From Octopus vulgaris (Eukaryota): a stretch of DNA of 64,000 bases. The notes beneath the pieces are model-generated. The model saw nothing but the letters and a program-made list of their open reading frames with translations. It was not told where the DNA came from and did no database searches. The stretch is from the NCBI GenBank assembly GCA_951406725.2, contig OX597831.1, positions 59,706,001-59,770,000 of the forward strand. The letters run 5' to 3'. Both the position numbers and the translations under genes were made by a program. Numbering within the stretch: the first letter of the stretch is position 1; each line of letters begins with the position of its first letter. Shown one piece after another: positions 13,701 to 27,991 of the stretch.

Positions 13701-14949
13701 ACCCGAATCATACGACATACTTTAATTCGCCATCCACCTATCAATTTCCATTCACAGTTCAGCAGACTGCACAAGAATATGGTAAACCCCGGAGGAAATT
13801 TTATTATCGAAGGGGCTCGAAACAAAAATAGGATTTTTACCAAGCGAATTTCTTAGAAATATGTCGTATGCAGCTTTACTTTGCCATATGTAGATATATC
13901 ACTGGTAATTATCGACTAAACATGAAACTGAAATCTACTTGCTGTACTCTCACCAACCATATTATAGTGAAATTTGCAAATAAGCAAACAATTAATAATA
14001 TATTCTACGAATGTTATGGAAAGTGTATTGATACATAGCAACCAGGTAGCTTCACACACATGTCTACTACACTACACCCTGACCAGGTACTTTCTGCTAT
14101 AGCTCCAGACCAACTAATACCATGTGACATTAAATATTTTCTGTGCATAGATATATACATGTACGCATTATTATATATAAGAGTGAGTGTGTGTGTGTGT
14201 GTGTGTTTGCGGGTTTGTGTGTGTGTGTGCCTGCGTGTGCGAGCGCGTTGGTATGATCATGCATGATTTTGTCACACACTAGAGTTCTTAACCGGTGATT
14301 TGTTTATGAACTTGTAGGCTATTAGTTCGGCAGTAGATACCAGTATATTCCAGGCCTGGAAACGATGAAACTCAGTTCTAGGGTCGATTTTGCAAATGAA
14401 AAACTGCATGATGGTGCCCCAACATGACTGTAGTCTAATTACTGAAACAAATAAAAAATAAAGAATAAGAATGAAAAAAATGTTCTCCTTCGGCAAAGAT
14501 GAGTTTCATTTATGATTAACGTCATAGACCAGAACGTTTTAATAACTGACACATTTATTTATATTTAATATATATCTATCAAGTTTAAGTAGAAGAGATC
14601 CATATTATTGTCGATTTACGTGACAGTCTATTATAGTAGAAAATATATCGTAAAAGAATAATGAATATGAGTTTGACAATTAATGATCATAGAAAACCGA
14701 TCATAAAGTTTCAAGTCGTATCTTCATATCACTTCTATTATTTCAGAGATTTGAAACAAGAGATTCAGATAATTATTGGAACTAAATTAGTTGAATCGCT
14801 TTTGTAATATAAAACTTTCTAACAAAAATATACAATGACTGGCAGATTTTTTTTGTTTTGTATGCTTTCATATCAATTTAACAGAAGTTTCTTGTGCACA
14901 CACAGACGCACACACATATATATTAGTATATATGTAAATGTATTGGACC

Positions 14950-16060
14950 GTTTGGTCTCAATGTCTACACTTTTCGAATATTTCAAAACGTTTTTGAGCA
15001 CTTCCAAAACTGAGCTACTCTACCAGCGCACACCCAAATTCTGCTAGATCAAACGAGCCTGAGCCAGTGACGGTATTCAGAGATCCCGAATGTAGAATCT
15101 TTTCGGTTTGAACGGCAGTTTTTTTCTAGAGGTGTCATATGAAATTGTCAGCGTTAGGGGTGGGGGAAGGGTATCTTTTTTTCTTCACAAATGTAAATAA
15201 ACCCAATCTGTTTCTTAAACGAGGGAGACATTCATACGGCACAGAATATTTTTTTACCTCACTGGACGTAATTGATTGGTTGAAATTGCAGAAATTGAAG
15301 AAAAACAGCAACAAATATCCTACAAACTATAGAATTTTCTCAATAAAGCCAAGAGAAAAAGATGTTTTATAAACACATTCTACCAGTATAAAAGTTTTTA
15401 GTTACCTAGAAATTAAGTTAAAACTGCCGTTCAAACACAAAAAAAGATCCCGAATGTACGCTGAGGCCCTTACCTATTTCGGCAGTGACTTGTAACAAGT
15501 CTAATCACCTTGAAGTGGTTCGTCGACTACAGTCTGTCACAAAAGCTTTTGGCTCTCTCAAGTAGCATGTATGGAGCTGCCAGAATAGTTTCCAGAACAC
15601 GAAGTAAAAGTGAACAGTGTTGTAATGCCCACTTGCTTCCTCTATCCGGCAGATGCATGACCCTCTACCGCAGGTTGAGACCAACTCGTCATCTGCGCTT
15701 CATTCTGCGTATCGGATGGCAGGATCATATTCCTGATGTTCGATGCCATGCTGGCACAGTTAATGTGGAGGGTCTCGCAACATCGTCGCAGTTACACGAG
15801 GTGATACATATTTTGTAATATGGAGGACGAAACGTTGTTTTCTATACTAAACTTCATCACGGTAGGCGACATGTTGCGATACAGAAATGTGCTGAAGAGA
15901 CATATCAAGAACTGTCCTATACTATTCTACCTGGGAGGAGAAGGCCTGCAACGTGATGTATGGCACCGGCCGCGGATGCACTTAATTCCAGCCGTCATGG
16001 AGAAATAATAGAGAGAGTTATGGAGCAAGAAGACTCAACATCGACGTACGACGGATAGCC
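14950..16060 (+). mobile_element. Decayed RTE/BovB-like LINE 3' region, interrupted by a MITE at 15095-15450
   Basis: KTELLYQ precedes the MITE and LTYFGS follows it; LRFILRIGWQDHIPD and RYRNVLKRHIK resemble the RTE C-terminal region. Confidence 0.7.
15095..15450 (+). mobile_element. MITE with ~25-bp TIRs and 8-bp TSD (Merlin-like), copy 1
   Basis: TIRs GAATCTTTTCGGTTTGAACGGCAGTTTT and AAAACTGCCGTTCAAAC...AAAAGATCC; TSD CGAATGTA at 15087-15094 and 15451-15458; homologous to 61010-61415 in the opposite orientation. Strand is arbitrary. Confidence 0.9.
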
Positions 16061-16580
16061 AAACACAACACGCAAACGCACACAAATATAAATATAAACA
16101 CACACATACATACACACACACACGCACGCACACACACACATACACACACACACATACACACACACACATATATATATATACATATATATTTATGATTGGT
16201 TGGAGATATCTTATTGAGGCAGGGATAGTGCAAGTACTCTACCATACTCCAGGTTATACTACACGGCATCGAATGATGTGGAATAATTTGAGATTATTTA
16301 AGGTAAACAATCACATGGTATTTCACCTGATGTCTAAATACTGAGTTAGCGTAGTTGGATTATGAAGAGTTTACAGAGACCTTATTCAAGAAATTTTTTA
16401 ATATGGATGTGGAATTATGCATCTACACATTTCTTTCTTTCATTTATTACTAAACTATTTCCCACACTACATGCTCTTTAAACCTCTCTCTGATATATTC
16501 TTCTGCTGCATGGATATTTTATGTGGTGTTCGATATTTCATACCACTTAAACGTAACCATGCAGCTTTATATGCATACAT

Positions 16581-16581
<1 letters not shown>

Positions 16582-16655
<74 letters not shown>

Positions 16656-16691
16656 TACACACACATACACACACACACATACACACACACA
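16582..16691. repeat. (CA)n microsatellite
   Basis: Seen directly. Confidence 0.95.
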
Positions 16692-17320
16692 CCCAAAAGT
16701 AAGCGGAAAACTTCCCTGGGGGCCAAATCCTTTGTAGTTCAATTTTCTATAGCTAGGAGCCACTTAATGCTACCCTCAGGCATCAATCTGCTGATCGGCA
16801 TCGTAGACTGGTCTCGTAATGCCGCATGGTGCGTCTTTTTTTCTGTAGTGCTTCTCATCTGTTCGTCAACTTTGCAATGGCTTTCTGGAAATTCTGTATT
16901 CTGCTGGGAAAAACTGCGGCCAAAACAGTTGTCATTGTTAAAACAGCTTACGAGGAAGCTTCCATCAGCAACACACAAGTTTACGAGTGGTTTCCTCTGT
17001 TTAGGACAATCGTCGACCTCCAGAACAAATGAAAATATCATGAAAATTCATGGACTGATCTTGGAAGAGCGTCACCGAACAATTGACGAAATTGTTGATA
17101 TAACTGGTGTCGCCTGGAGCTCCTGCCAACGAATGTTGAGCAAGGAAATGTGAATGAGAGTAGCTGCAGCAAAATTTGCGTTCACTTGCTCACGGAAGTT
17201 GTAAAGAAGTCACGAATAAATGCGTGTCGTGAACTGAAAGATCAGTTGGAAGTTTACCTGGAAAATTTTTTGAAGGTCATAACTCGTAACGGAACGTGAT
17301 ACTACGGAATATGGAGATGT
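16692..17320 (+). mobile_element. Mariner transposase pseudogene (N-terminal half)
   Basis: KFCILLGKTAAKT...AYEEASISNTQVYEWF, then STSRTNENIMKIHGLILEERHRTIDEIVDITGVAWSSCQRMLSKEM and FLKVIT: mariner HTH and linker with frameshifts. Confidence 0.88.
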
Positions 17321-18617
17321 GGAAGGAGTGAAGAAAAAAATAACGACAGATACTCTCAGCATAACCGCTAGCTTTATACCAATATTTTAAAGCAATAGTT
17401 TTCAACGGGTGTTTCATAGTCTTCCTTGATTCCGTTGTTGGTCTGTCCTTGAATATAGTGTCCAGTGTAATGTAGAAAACCTGAGGAAGATGTACGTCAA
17501 TCTTGGAACACTCCATAAATATCAGTGGGTGTGTATATCTCTTAGAATTCATTCCAAAGATACATTTAAAATGATAGTAACAATAATAGTTGCTGTTGGC
17601 ATTAATATAAATATATTTGTTTCTATGCACGTTTGAGTTTATGCATGTTGTCAAAAGAAAAAGTAAATTTTCGTTGCAGTAGCTAGTTAAGTTTCTGATA
17701 AATAGTTATTTGTTAATTTGTATCAGAACAGTACCAAACTAATGTTATAATATTTCGTCGCATTCCTTTGCAAACTCCTGTCTCCAGTAATTTTGCTTTT
17801 CTATTTACTTAAATTTGAAATCATTTTTCCGACTTTTTCAATAAAAAAATTATAATAATTTGGAACCAAAGCTCTGTGCGGCTTTGCCATTGGGTGATAC
17901 TATGTCAACAAAGGCTACCGAAAGATATTTAATAAAAAATGATTAAGATCCGAGGAGGAAACAAATAACAAATGTAAAAAGAAAATGCGAAAATAACCGT
18001 TGTTAATGATTACTCTTGAAGCAAAATGCATTGTAAATAGAAACAAAACCAAAGGGTGCTCCCACAGAAAGTGTGCGAAATATCATTGTATCAAATGCCA
18101 GATTTTCAAAGAAAATATTATGAAAATATAATTTAAAACAGTTTAGGGATCTTATGGAATTTGTTTGTATATCAAACATTAACATTAAAAATTTTGTCTT
18201 GCTGTATTTGCAATTCTGTTGCTAATGCATTTGCTATAAAAATGTGTGGAAACGGAAACAACTGCCAGTTAAATCAACATTGACGTTATTCGATATTGAA
18301 AGGAAGCTTAGGAAAAAGGAGCAAAATAAAACCGAGAAGTGAATAAAAACCAGAAACTCCTGTTGAAAACTTCACAGGACAGAAAGAAAATATTAATATA
18401 ATGTTAGGAAGAAAAGACTATATAAATTTTTTATGAGATTATAGAAAAATTATTAAAAAACTGTGTGTTTTAACTACAAAGAACTATTTTGGCAACTTAT
18501 CTTTAGAAGATATATGTGAAATAGTGTTCCAAAGCACATATAGTACAACTTATAAGCACGCATGCATATAACCACAACAAACAAACATACATATGAAAAT
18601 TGTTTGCACACTAATGC

Positions 18618-18725
18618 TATCTATCTTTCTATCTATCTATCTATCTATTTATCTATCTATCTATCTACCTATCTAACTATCTATCTATTTATTTATCAAT
18701 CTATGTATGTATGTATGTATGTATG

Positions 18726-18823
<98 letters not shown>

Positions 18824-18929
18824 CATATATATATATCAATCGGTCTCTCTCTCTCATTAATTTCTTTGTGCCTTTCTGTCACTCTCTTTCTCTCTCTGTG
18901 TCTGTCTGTCTGTTTCTCTCGCTCTCTCG

Positions 18930-18972
<43 letters not shown>
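18618..18972. repeat. (TATC)n/(TATG)n/(TA)n/(CT)n compound microsatellite
   Basis: Seen directly. Confidence 0.95.
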
Positions 18973-18973
<1 letters not shown>

Positions 18974-19235
18974 GCATACACTCACACATAAGTGTGCGTG
19001 CCACTATTTCATTTAATCACACGAAATTTTAACATCTGTCTTCTTTCAGTAAATAAACCAACTGATATATACATATTCACTTTTCAGAGTAAAAAACAAA
19101 ATTCATTCTGACATATGGTCAAGACTATCAAGCCAATTTATATATGTGTCTCATATTCCTGCATTCATACATGAAATAGTAGCGATAGATGCATATATAA
19201 GTGCATCTGCCAAACATACATATTAAAATATATGC

Positions 19236-19343
<108 letters not shown>

Positions 19344-19869
19344 ATGAGCGTTTGGGGGGAGAATATACACTTGAGTCCGTTTGCTAGTCAGCAGACTCCT
19401 TATGACGTACCGGTGTCAGCTGCGATTATACCAAAATATAATAAGATATGTAGGGCTGTGGGTATTATACCTATTCACAATTTTGTTTGAGTCATTCTTC
19501 AAAGATTCTGCAGCCCATTCTCTGACGTCTAAAATAATTTTATTTGAGGCATTTTGTTTTACACACCATCTCTACATCAGCTGCGCCCGTATCTGGGGTG
19601 GGGCCGTTTCACATTACACCTTTATGCATAGAACAAGTCTTAAGTTTTTAAAGTTTTAATAGAATTTTCTATGGACGGAAACTTACAGATAAAGAGTTTG
19701 TACTAAAGATGATCTTTTGAAATTTCTTATAAAAAGTTCAACTGTATTTCTGCCGATCATATTTGCTGTGAACCAATACACACCCGAGTAATAGAAGCTC
19801 ATGTTTCCTGGATGGAAAAGCATTTTACAGTTTTTGCATGTCTTAATAATAATTTAAAAAAAAAAAAAA

Positions 19870-19890
19870 ATAATAATAATAATAATAATA

Positions 19891-19934
<44 letters not shown>

Positions 19935-20077
19935 AATAATAATAATGATATTAATAATAATAATAATAATGATATTAATAATAATAATAATGATATTAAT
20001 AATAATAATAATAATGATAATAATAATAATAATAATAATAATAATAGTAATAATAGTAATGAAAATAATAATAATAA
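19870..20077. repeat. (AAT)n/(GAT)n microsatellite
   Basis: Seen directly; it produces the poly-N/D, poly-M/I and poly-L/S ORFs. Confidence 0.95.
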
Positions 20078-20084
20078 CACCACA

Positions 20085-20659
<575 letters not shown>

Positions 20660-20699
20660 GCATTAGACTTGCCCAAAACCACTACCAGTTTTGGCGACA

Positions 20700-21245
20700 C
20701 GACCACGTAGCGAAAGTGCTAGATAAGAATCCGTGCGATAAGTGGGGTCTAGTGAGGAACAAGAAACAAGAGAGATAGTGGCGGAGTCGGAAACTAGCAA
20801 AATCCTCTGGGATTTCCCAATCCAAACAGATAAGTTGCTTGATCATAACAGACCAGGACTGGTGTTGTAGAAGGTGCATATCATATGCTATATAGTGGAT
20901 ATTGGTTTCCCTTTCGACACACGAACAGTTACGAAAGAAGATGAAATGATATAGATACAGCCCTCTTAAGTCCGGAATAGCCCGGCTATGGAAAATGAAT
21001 ACGGGGAAGAATGTGTCAATTATATGTGTTCCTTGGGAATAGTATTAGAAGTCGCCAAGAAGAATATAAAGGGAATCGGAAAAGAGTACCTAGTAGAACT
21101 GTTACAAAACGTTTGTCGCTTTGTCACGGCCGGAATAATCACTATAAAAAGTATTAGAAGGTTGAAATGAACGGGTAGCATGGTTCCGCATGCAAGGTTG
21201 CAGGATCTCCTACAAAACCTGTGATAAAGTGAAAAATAATAATAA
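20700..21245 (+). mobile_element. Second, more decayed R4/Dong RLE fragment
   Basis: aaaatcctctgggatttcccaatccaaacagataagttgcttgatcataacagaccagga translates as KILWDFPIQTDKLLDHNRPG; the fragment ends in aataataataat. Confidence 0.8.
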
Positions 21246-21485
21246 TTCATGTATTCGCTTGGTTTAAAGAACGAGCTACAAGATATTCTGCACAATACCA
21301 CAGACTTGCTTCAGCATAACCAGTTGAACATCTCAGATCACGAGTAAGAGCACTGAGGGAGTAACGTAGCTCTGTATGGAGAGGGATTCTTTGGAGTTTC
21401 AATAATTCACCCCAGGAAACACGTGTGCTTCTTTCTTCGTCCTAAAACAACTTTTATTCAAAGACAATTTGAACAGATGGGCTAC

Positions 21486-21551
21486 TCCACCCGAAGGAAA
21501 TTCTAATTAGGCTCCACGTCCACCCGAAGGAAATTCTAATTAGGCTCCACG
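21486..21551. repeat. Perfect 33-bp tandem duplication
   Basis: TCCACCCGAAGGAAATTCTAATTAGGCTCCACG occurs twice, with TCCAC microhomology at the junction. Confidence 0.95.
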
Positions 21552-22779
21552 TTTGCTGTTTATTTCTGTACGAGGGCACCATATCACGCACATACCTGTG
21601 ATGAATGTGCCTGTTGTACAATTAGCAGACCGGTAATAATGCTGGGCATTTCGAGGTCGGTGATGCTCTGTCAATCAATAATATGAATTGCAATGATGAT
21701 GATGATGATGTTGATGGTGATGTAGCTAGTGTTAATGCTGAGGAAAAAAGGGAAGTCTGGTGGGTTGAAAGAGAAAGAGGAGGAAAGCAAAAAATCAAAT
21801 ATGACGTGGAGAACTAGACGAAATTGGCATGAAGGAGTGGAGGAGTATGTTGAGGATGAATAAAGAAAGAGAAGGGCAAAATGGACAAAAGGGAATAAAT
21901 AATAAAACAATGAATAAGCTATAAAAAGGAGTGAGTAGATATTGGGAATGTAATATCTCTTATGTAAAATATACTGGTGTCAGCCTACTCGGACTTGTGA
22001 TTGAAACTTGGCCAACACTCACGTATGCAGACAGAGTCAGCGACCTGATTCAGCGTGGTATCAGAGGTTTTACTACACAAGATATTTAACTGAAGTTATA
22101 CAACTTAGACAAGACATCTAAGTTAATATTGGCTCTGTGTGATTATTGCAATCTTGTGCGTATTAGTAATAAAAACAGTGGCATATATGTTTTTCACACA
22201 GCCGTGTTGTATACTTCACCGTTCAATACTTCGCTGGCCCGCCTAAAATCTCAACTATGTAAGACACTTTGAAATTTCCTGACATCTATATCCAATAGAA
22301 ATCCGTTTCTAACATGGCAGATGATTCGTAGGTTTGTAGCACGAACCACCAGTTACTTTCACCTTTTCTTTATAAATTCTCAATAGCGTTGAGAATTTAT
22401 AAAGAACAGATTTGATATGTCTACTCGCATGTTCGACGATCTTGACGTTGAAACTCATTTCTTGAATGATTTTTCTAAAACTGCTTGCTAGATCACTTTT
22501 TCCTGTAGTATATACACACCGAAGGCCTGGCAGATATACTATTTTTCTTGGAAAATTATTGATATGTCTACGTAAATCATTCTATAATTAGATGCAAGAT
22601 AGGACGAATAACTCCATTACGTCATTTTTAGGTTCAAACTTTTTCCGCTTACATATATATATATATTTCACGCTTCTATATATACTGAGTCTGATATTGG
22701 TTATATCCCAACGACTGTATTAAAAAAATTCAGTGTTGAGCGTGTTTATATGTACTGGCCAATAAATCATATATTTATA

Positions 22780-25040
22780 TGTACTGACCAAGGAACAACG
22801 AGAACAACAAGGATTGCATCGGCAAATTTGACAACTAATGAAGTTGAATAACAAACCGGAGAATACGTTATCGCCCGACCATTAACGAATTCAAATATGA
22901 CACCAAACACAGAGTAACCGTTGACGTTTACTTTCGAAGATCTGAACAAATTTTTGAAAAAGTATGTCAGGACGAAGTGAAAACGCGTATACATTTAAGA
23001 AAACTAGCGACAGCAGAGCATGATAAGTATAATAAATTCATATTGATAAAAAAGCGCCCGACATAAATTTCATCGACATTTTTTGAAAAATGTTTTAGTG
23101 AAGAGAGCTCACTGTTTAATAATGGAAGGATGTGCATAATCATAGAAAAGAGTGAAGATGAAGACTTCACTAGTTACACAAGCAAAGCGAACAAAGGATG
23201 TAAGAGATTTAGGCTGGATATGCTTACTCCAGATTCTTTCAAGAGTTTGATTTTTGCAGAAGGGATGCAGAAAATTCTCGCAAAACTGGAAATGAAGTAG
23301 GATTTGACATTGCAGAAAATGTTGGAAGAGTATGACATGATATTACAATAACGAACCGCTGAAGGACTCCGTAATAATAGTGCTAAGAGCGGAAGCGGAA
23401 ACAAAAAGTGATGTGGAACATCGTGCGTGAACTACCAGTAACTTTGCAGGAAATAAAAATAAATGCGAGAAATGATAAATTTATTAATGATACTAAAAGA
23501 AAATTGTGGACCACAAAACGAAATAAAGAAAGGCCTGACGCAAAGAACCGCCAAGATGTGAATGTGTACTCTACATGTGATGGTGTACTAATGTTCGCTC
23601 AGGGTGGTCATAATATAGATATTACAGACAAGAATGCTGAAGAGTTCCATGTGGGACATATAGGCCTCACTTGAATGAAAGCGCCGATGCGAAGTTTCGT
23701 ATACTGGTCAAGCATGGACAAGGAATTTGTAAACCTGGTAAAAGGCTGCAGGGGATTGGCGCTGACAGTGAATCTATGTACTACAATATGTGAACCTTAG
23801 CCGGACGTACAGGCCCGTAATACGGATATTATTACTTGAAAGTAGTGGACAGTTACACAAAGTGGCCTCATGTCACGAGGTGTAAGCGACCAACATCATA
23901 TACTTTAATAAACGTCATACACAAGCTTTGGTGTACCGGATATTATTGTCTCTGATAACGGAACTGACTTTGTATCCTGTGATTTTAAGAGATTCTGTAT
24001 GATGTTCATGTTAGAACATAAAACTATAGCACCGTATTTCCCAATAGAATCGAAGGGCCGAACGGTCCGTGGACACGTTTAAGAGAACTTTAAAAGAAAG
24101 CTAATAAGAAAGCCACGGACGGTGTCGTGATCCAATAATTCTTAAGTGTAAACAGGGTAACTCCGAACTCAAATGCACCAGAAGGAAGTTGACCAGCAGA
24201 ATTAATATTAGCCAGCATTAATATTTGCAGAATTAATATTTACCAGAAAGTCAGTATTTGATAAACTGTTACTAGTGAAGAGGAAAAATACGTACTAGTC
24301 AACACATGCCAACATTCTTTAGAATCAATGACAAGATAAATGTAAAAATGCACAAAAATGGCAAGCAATACGAGGAAGAAAGAGAAATTGTAACATACAT
24401 AGGAAGAATGATGTATGGTGTAAAAGCAGAAATTGAATGGAAAGAGCCATACAAAGCAGCTTAAGGTAAGAGTCATAGAAAACGAACCAACGAAAGTAGA
24501 TATATCGAGAGATTGGTGATATGATACTTTTCAGGTTCCAACACCGTTACAAGATGTCGAAGCCAAAGGTACAAAGAAAAGGAAGAACACTGAATTCTTA
24601 AAAGTAAACCCAAAACGGAAAATATGATGAGTATAAACAAGGAGGAGGTGGGTGAGGAATAGAGATTGATTGTTGAACAAAATAATTAAAAAGGGAGATA
24701 TCGTATAGTTAAACTTTATACACATCCCGGTACAACGTTGTAGGGGCCAGCCAATATAAATAAACCAGCAGCCGGTCGTCGGGAAAGGGCCGAGAGTCGA
24801 AGAGTTGAGAGTCGACATTTCTTGTGGAGCTATCAGCGACAGTAAGACATAGGTGATGTACTTAGGGATACAATGGTATCCAGTGACTAGTAATTATTGT
24901 GGTTACTAGCGTAAAGCAGCAACTACAGCAGAACGGCAGTCACATATCACACCAGTAGGAGGAACCCACTTCGCAATATTATGCTGCAAGAATAATGTCA
25001 GGAAACCGCTGTAATACTAAGGAAGTGGTTAAATAAATCT
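22780..25040 (+). mobile_element. Decayed, internally deleted Ty3/gypsy LTR retrotransposon (gag remnant, integrase, PPT, putative 3' LTR)
   Basis: Gag-like RFRLDMLTPDSFKSLIFAEG...DLTLQKM; integrase zinc finger FHVGHIGLT*MKAPMRSFVYWSSMDKEF...GC; rve core VVDSYTKWP and FGVPDIIVSDNGTDF; polypurine tract AAAAAGGGAGATA at ~24688-24700. No RT/RNase H is seen between gag and integrase. Confidence 0.85.
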
Positions 25041-25063
25041 ATATTTAGCACGCATGCATCCTT

Positions 25064-25077
25064 ATATATATATATAC

Positions 25078-25132
<55 letters not shown>

Positions 25133-25226
25133 CATACATATATATGTATATATACATCTACATATATATATTCATATGTATATGAATATATATATGTATG
25201 TAAATATATATGTATATATATATATT

Positions 25227-25270
<44 letters not shown>

Positions 25271-25274
25271 AATA

Positions 25275-25339
<65 letters not shown>

Positions 25340-25388
25340 GTAAATATATATGTATATATATATGTATATATATATGTAAATATATATG

Positions 25389-25436
<48 letters not shown>

Positions 25437-25443
25437 CATATTG

Positions 25444-25507
<64 letters not shown>
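25064..25507. repeat. Long interrupted (TA)n array
   Basis: Seen directly. Confidence 0.95.
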
Positions 25508-25509
<2 letters not shown>

Positions 25510-26324
25510 GTCTGTGTGTGTGAGAGAGAGAAAGAAAGGGGGAGAAGGGAGAGAGTAACATGTAATTTATTTATTTTACATTTCTAGAAATTTATATTAT
25601 GTGCATTCTGCTACCCACGCAGTGTTATTTTTTTATATTTAAATCCGTTTCTTTTTTTTTTACCTGGAAGTGTAGATGTGTGCTGTGATGCGAAATAGGC
25701 CGGTGACAGGCAAACGCATTTTTTTTAAAATACGAAACATATTATTTGATATTATCACTGAAAACGTACTTTCGAAAATTAAAAGTTCAACGATGTGAAT
25801 GTAGGAATGTAGAAAGAGAAACTTGAAGAGCTTCGATCAATATTTAGAGGTAATAGCAGAACAGAATGAAATATTTACAACAATATGAAGAAATAGAGCA
25901 GCTGTATATCATTTAAAATTTATGCAGAAATGTCCTTTGTTGGAAAATATAGCTTTATATCTTAGATATAGAAGAATTATATCTTTCGAAATATGATTGA
26001 TATAGATCCACTCTTGTCACTCCGCTGGAGAGACGAAATAGGAAACATAATCTTAGAAATAATAAATACAAAAGATATAATTCAATTTACTTCAAAGTAT
26101 TGCCAGTGACTGCATTGTAGAATTGTTTATTTACTTGATTCACTCGTATGAGATTCGCATAGACAAACAAAACGTTTATCAAATTGATGACGTATTAAGA
26201 AGTAGCAGGCGTGGAGAAATATATAACGATCTGGATGATGATGATGATGATGATGATTGTTGTGGTGTTGGTTTTGGTGCTAGTGGTGATGATGATGATG
26301 ATTGATGATGGTAATGTTGATGAT

Positions 26325-26554
26325 GGCGAGCTGGCAGAATCGTTAGCACGTCGGGCGAAATGCTTAGCGGTATTTTGGCTGCCGTTACGTTGTGAGTTCA
26401 AATTACGCCGATGTCGACTTTGCCTTTCATCCTTTCGGGGTCGATAAAAATTGAGTACCAGTTACGCACTGGGGTAGATATAATCGGCTTAATACCTATG
26501 TCTGTCCATGTTTGTCCCTTCTATGTTTAGCCCCTTGTGGGTAACAAAGAAATA
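26325..26554 (+). mobile_element. tRNA-derived SINE family B, full length, 15-bp TSD
   Basis: A-box-like TGGCAGAATCGTTAGC and B-box-like GAGTTCAAATT; central GCCTTTCATCCTTTCGGGGTCGATAAAAATTGAGTACCAG, which resembles the MetaSINE domain from memory; TSD GGTAATGTTGATGAT at 26310-26324 and 26555-26569. Confidence 0.92.
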
Positions 26555-27103
26555 GGTAATGTTGATGATTATCGATGATCATATCGACGACAGGATGACA
26601 ATTAAGACGATTATGACGATGGTTATGATGATGGTAATTTCAAGGACGGTGTTCAATCCAAACGATTTGAACATTGCTATCCAATGTTATATACAAATAT
26701 TTTAAGTTACAAATTCGAACTAAATAAGCTCACAATCTTTAAAGATCTAAGGGAGAGGCTATCTTGAAGTAACGCCTTTTATATTACGTTGAAAATACAA
26801 TGTTTTATAAATATATATGCATAAGTGGGCACAGGATGCCATGAAATGTGTACAACCAAAAAGTACGAAGCACGATTATATGGAACATGAACTATTCTTT
26901 CGAACAACGAAAGGCACAAATGGAAAACAAAACATGCAACATAAAAAACGACCCTTCATCAGTTGTTGGCTGTTTTTCTAGTACCTATTTCGAGCATTTA
27001 ACCACAATATACACGTTCGATAAAATAGTTGCTCCCGCAAAGCACATTAAATGAATCCAGCTACAACGGAGAGAAAGAAAGATGACCGATGGTCACGGAT
27101 ATG

Positions 27104-27142
<39 letters not shown>

Positions 27143-27700
27143 ATTGGGTCATCCCCTAAATAATGCGGCTATATTCTATATCTCTTTTATTTCACAAACG
27201 TAAGATAAAATAGGTTTTAATCTAAAATATACAATCATTCATTTTCGATAATGATCTTCCATCTGTTTGGGTGACCTAGAATGCCCCCTCCTCTAAATTT
27301 CACGTGTCCGTGTCAAAAATAGTCCTCCAGTACTGTTCTGATCCCATCTACAGAATTCATATTTTTTCTGTGCAAATGATTTTGAAGACTGTGGAATAAA
27401 TGATGATCAGATTGGACACTTTCCGGAAAATATGGTGGGTTGGGCATCGTTGCCCATTCAAACTGCTCCAGCCTTTGGAATGTCGTTTTCGCTGTATGTG
27501 ACCGAGCATTATCTTGATAGACAGTGTGTATAATCTTAGGTAATTATACACTAAGTGGAAAACCATTAAATGGTTTCCTTGCATGCTGAAAGGTGATGTC
27601 AACTCCTCAGATCAAGAATGAAGGTGTCAAATCTTCAAACCACGAAAAATACATTATGATAAAAAGGCGTTATATGTAAGCGCGTCAGACAATTTGAAAA
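27143..27700 (-). mobile_element. Mariner fragment (C-terminal region plus TIR)
   Basis: TIR-like ATTGGGTCATCCCCTAAATAATGCGG at 27143; the minus strand reads FQRLEQFEWATMPNPPYFPE (decayed HPPYSPDL) and PNRWKIII. Confidence 0.8.
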
Positions 27701-27960
27701 AAATTAAAAGACCAGATATTTCTAAACTTTGAAGTTTCACCATTAAAAATTAAACAATTATCTGTGGATCTTTAGTAGAAACAGCTGGAGATATATAATT
27801 GTAAAAATGAAATACATAGTGCTTAATTGCCTCTTGTTATACACACTTACATATATATAGTTTACAGTCTATAGATAATTTTTACACATTTTGGTCACGA
27901 GTGTGAATTATTATGTTAAATAACTTTTGCCCTTAATATGTTTATATATACAGAGAAAGT

Positions 27961-27991
<31 letters not shown>

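Noticed and set aside
17474-17520. CTGAGGA-AGAT...ATCT-TGGAAC hammerhead-like string
   Set aside because: The GAAA box is broken and no stem I forms, so it was not counted.
21486-21551. 33-bp direct repeats as a possible CRISPR array
   Set aside because: Two adjacent copies with no spacer, no cas genes, and a eukaryotic context.
26325-26410. tRNA gene
   Set aside because: The A/B boxes belong to a multi-copy SINE head with TSDs, and no proper cloverleaf is evident.
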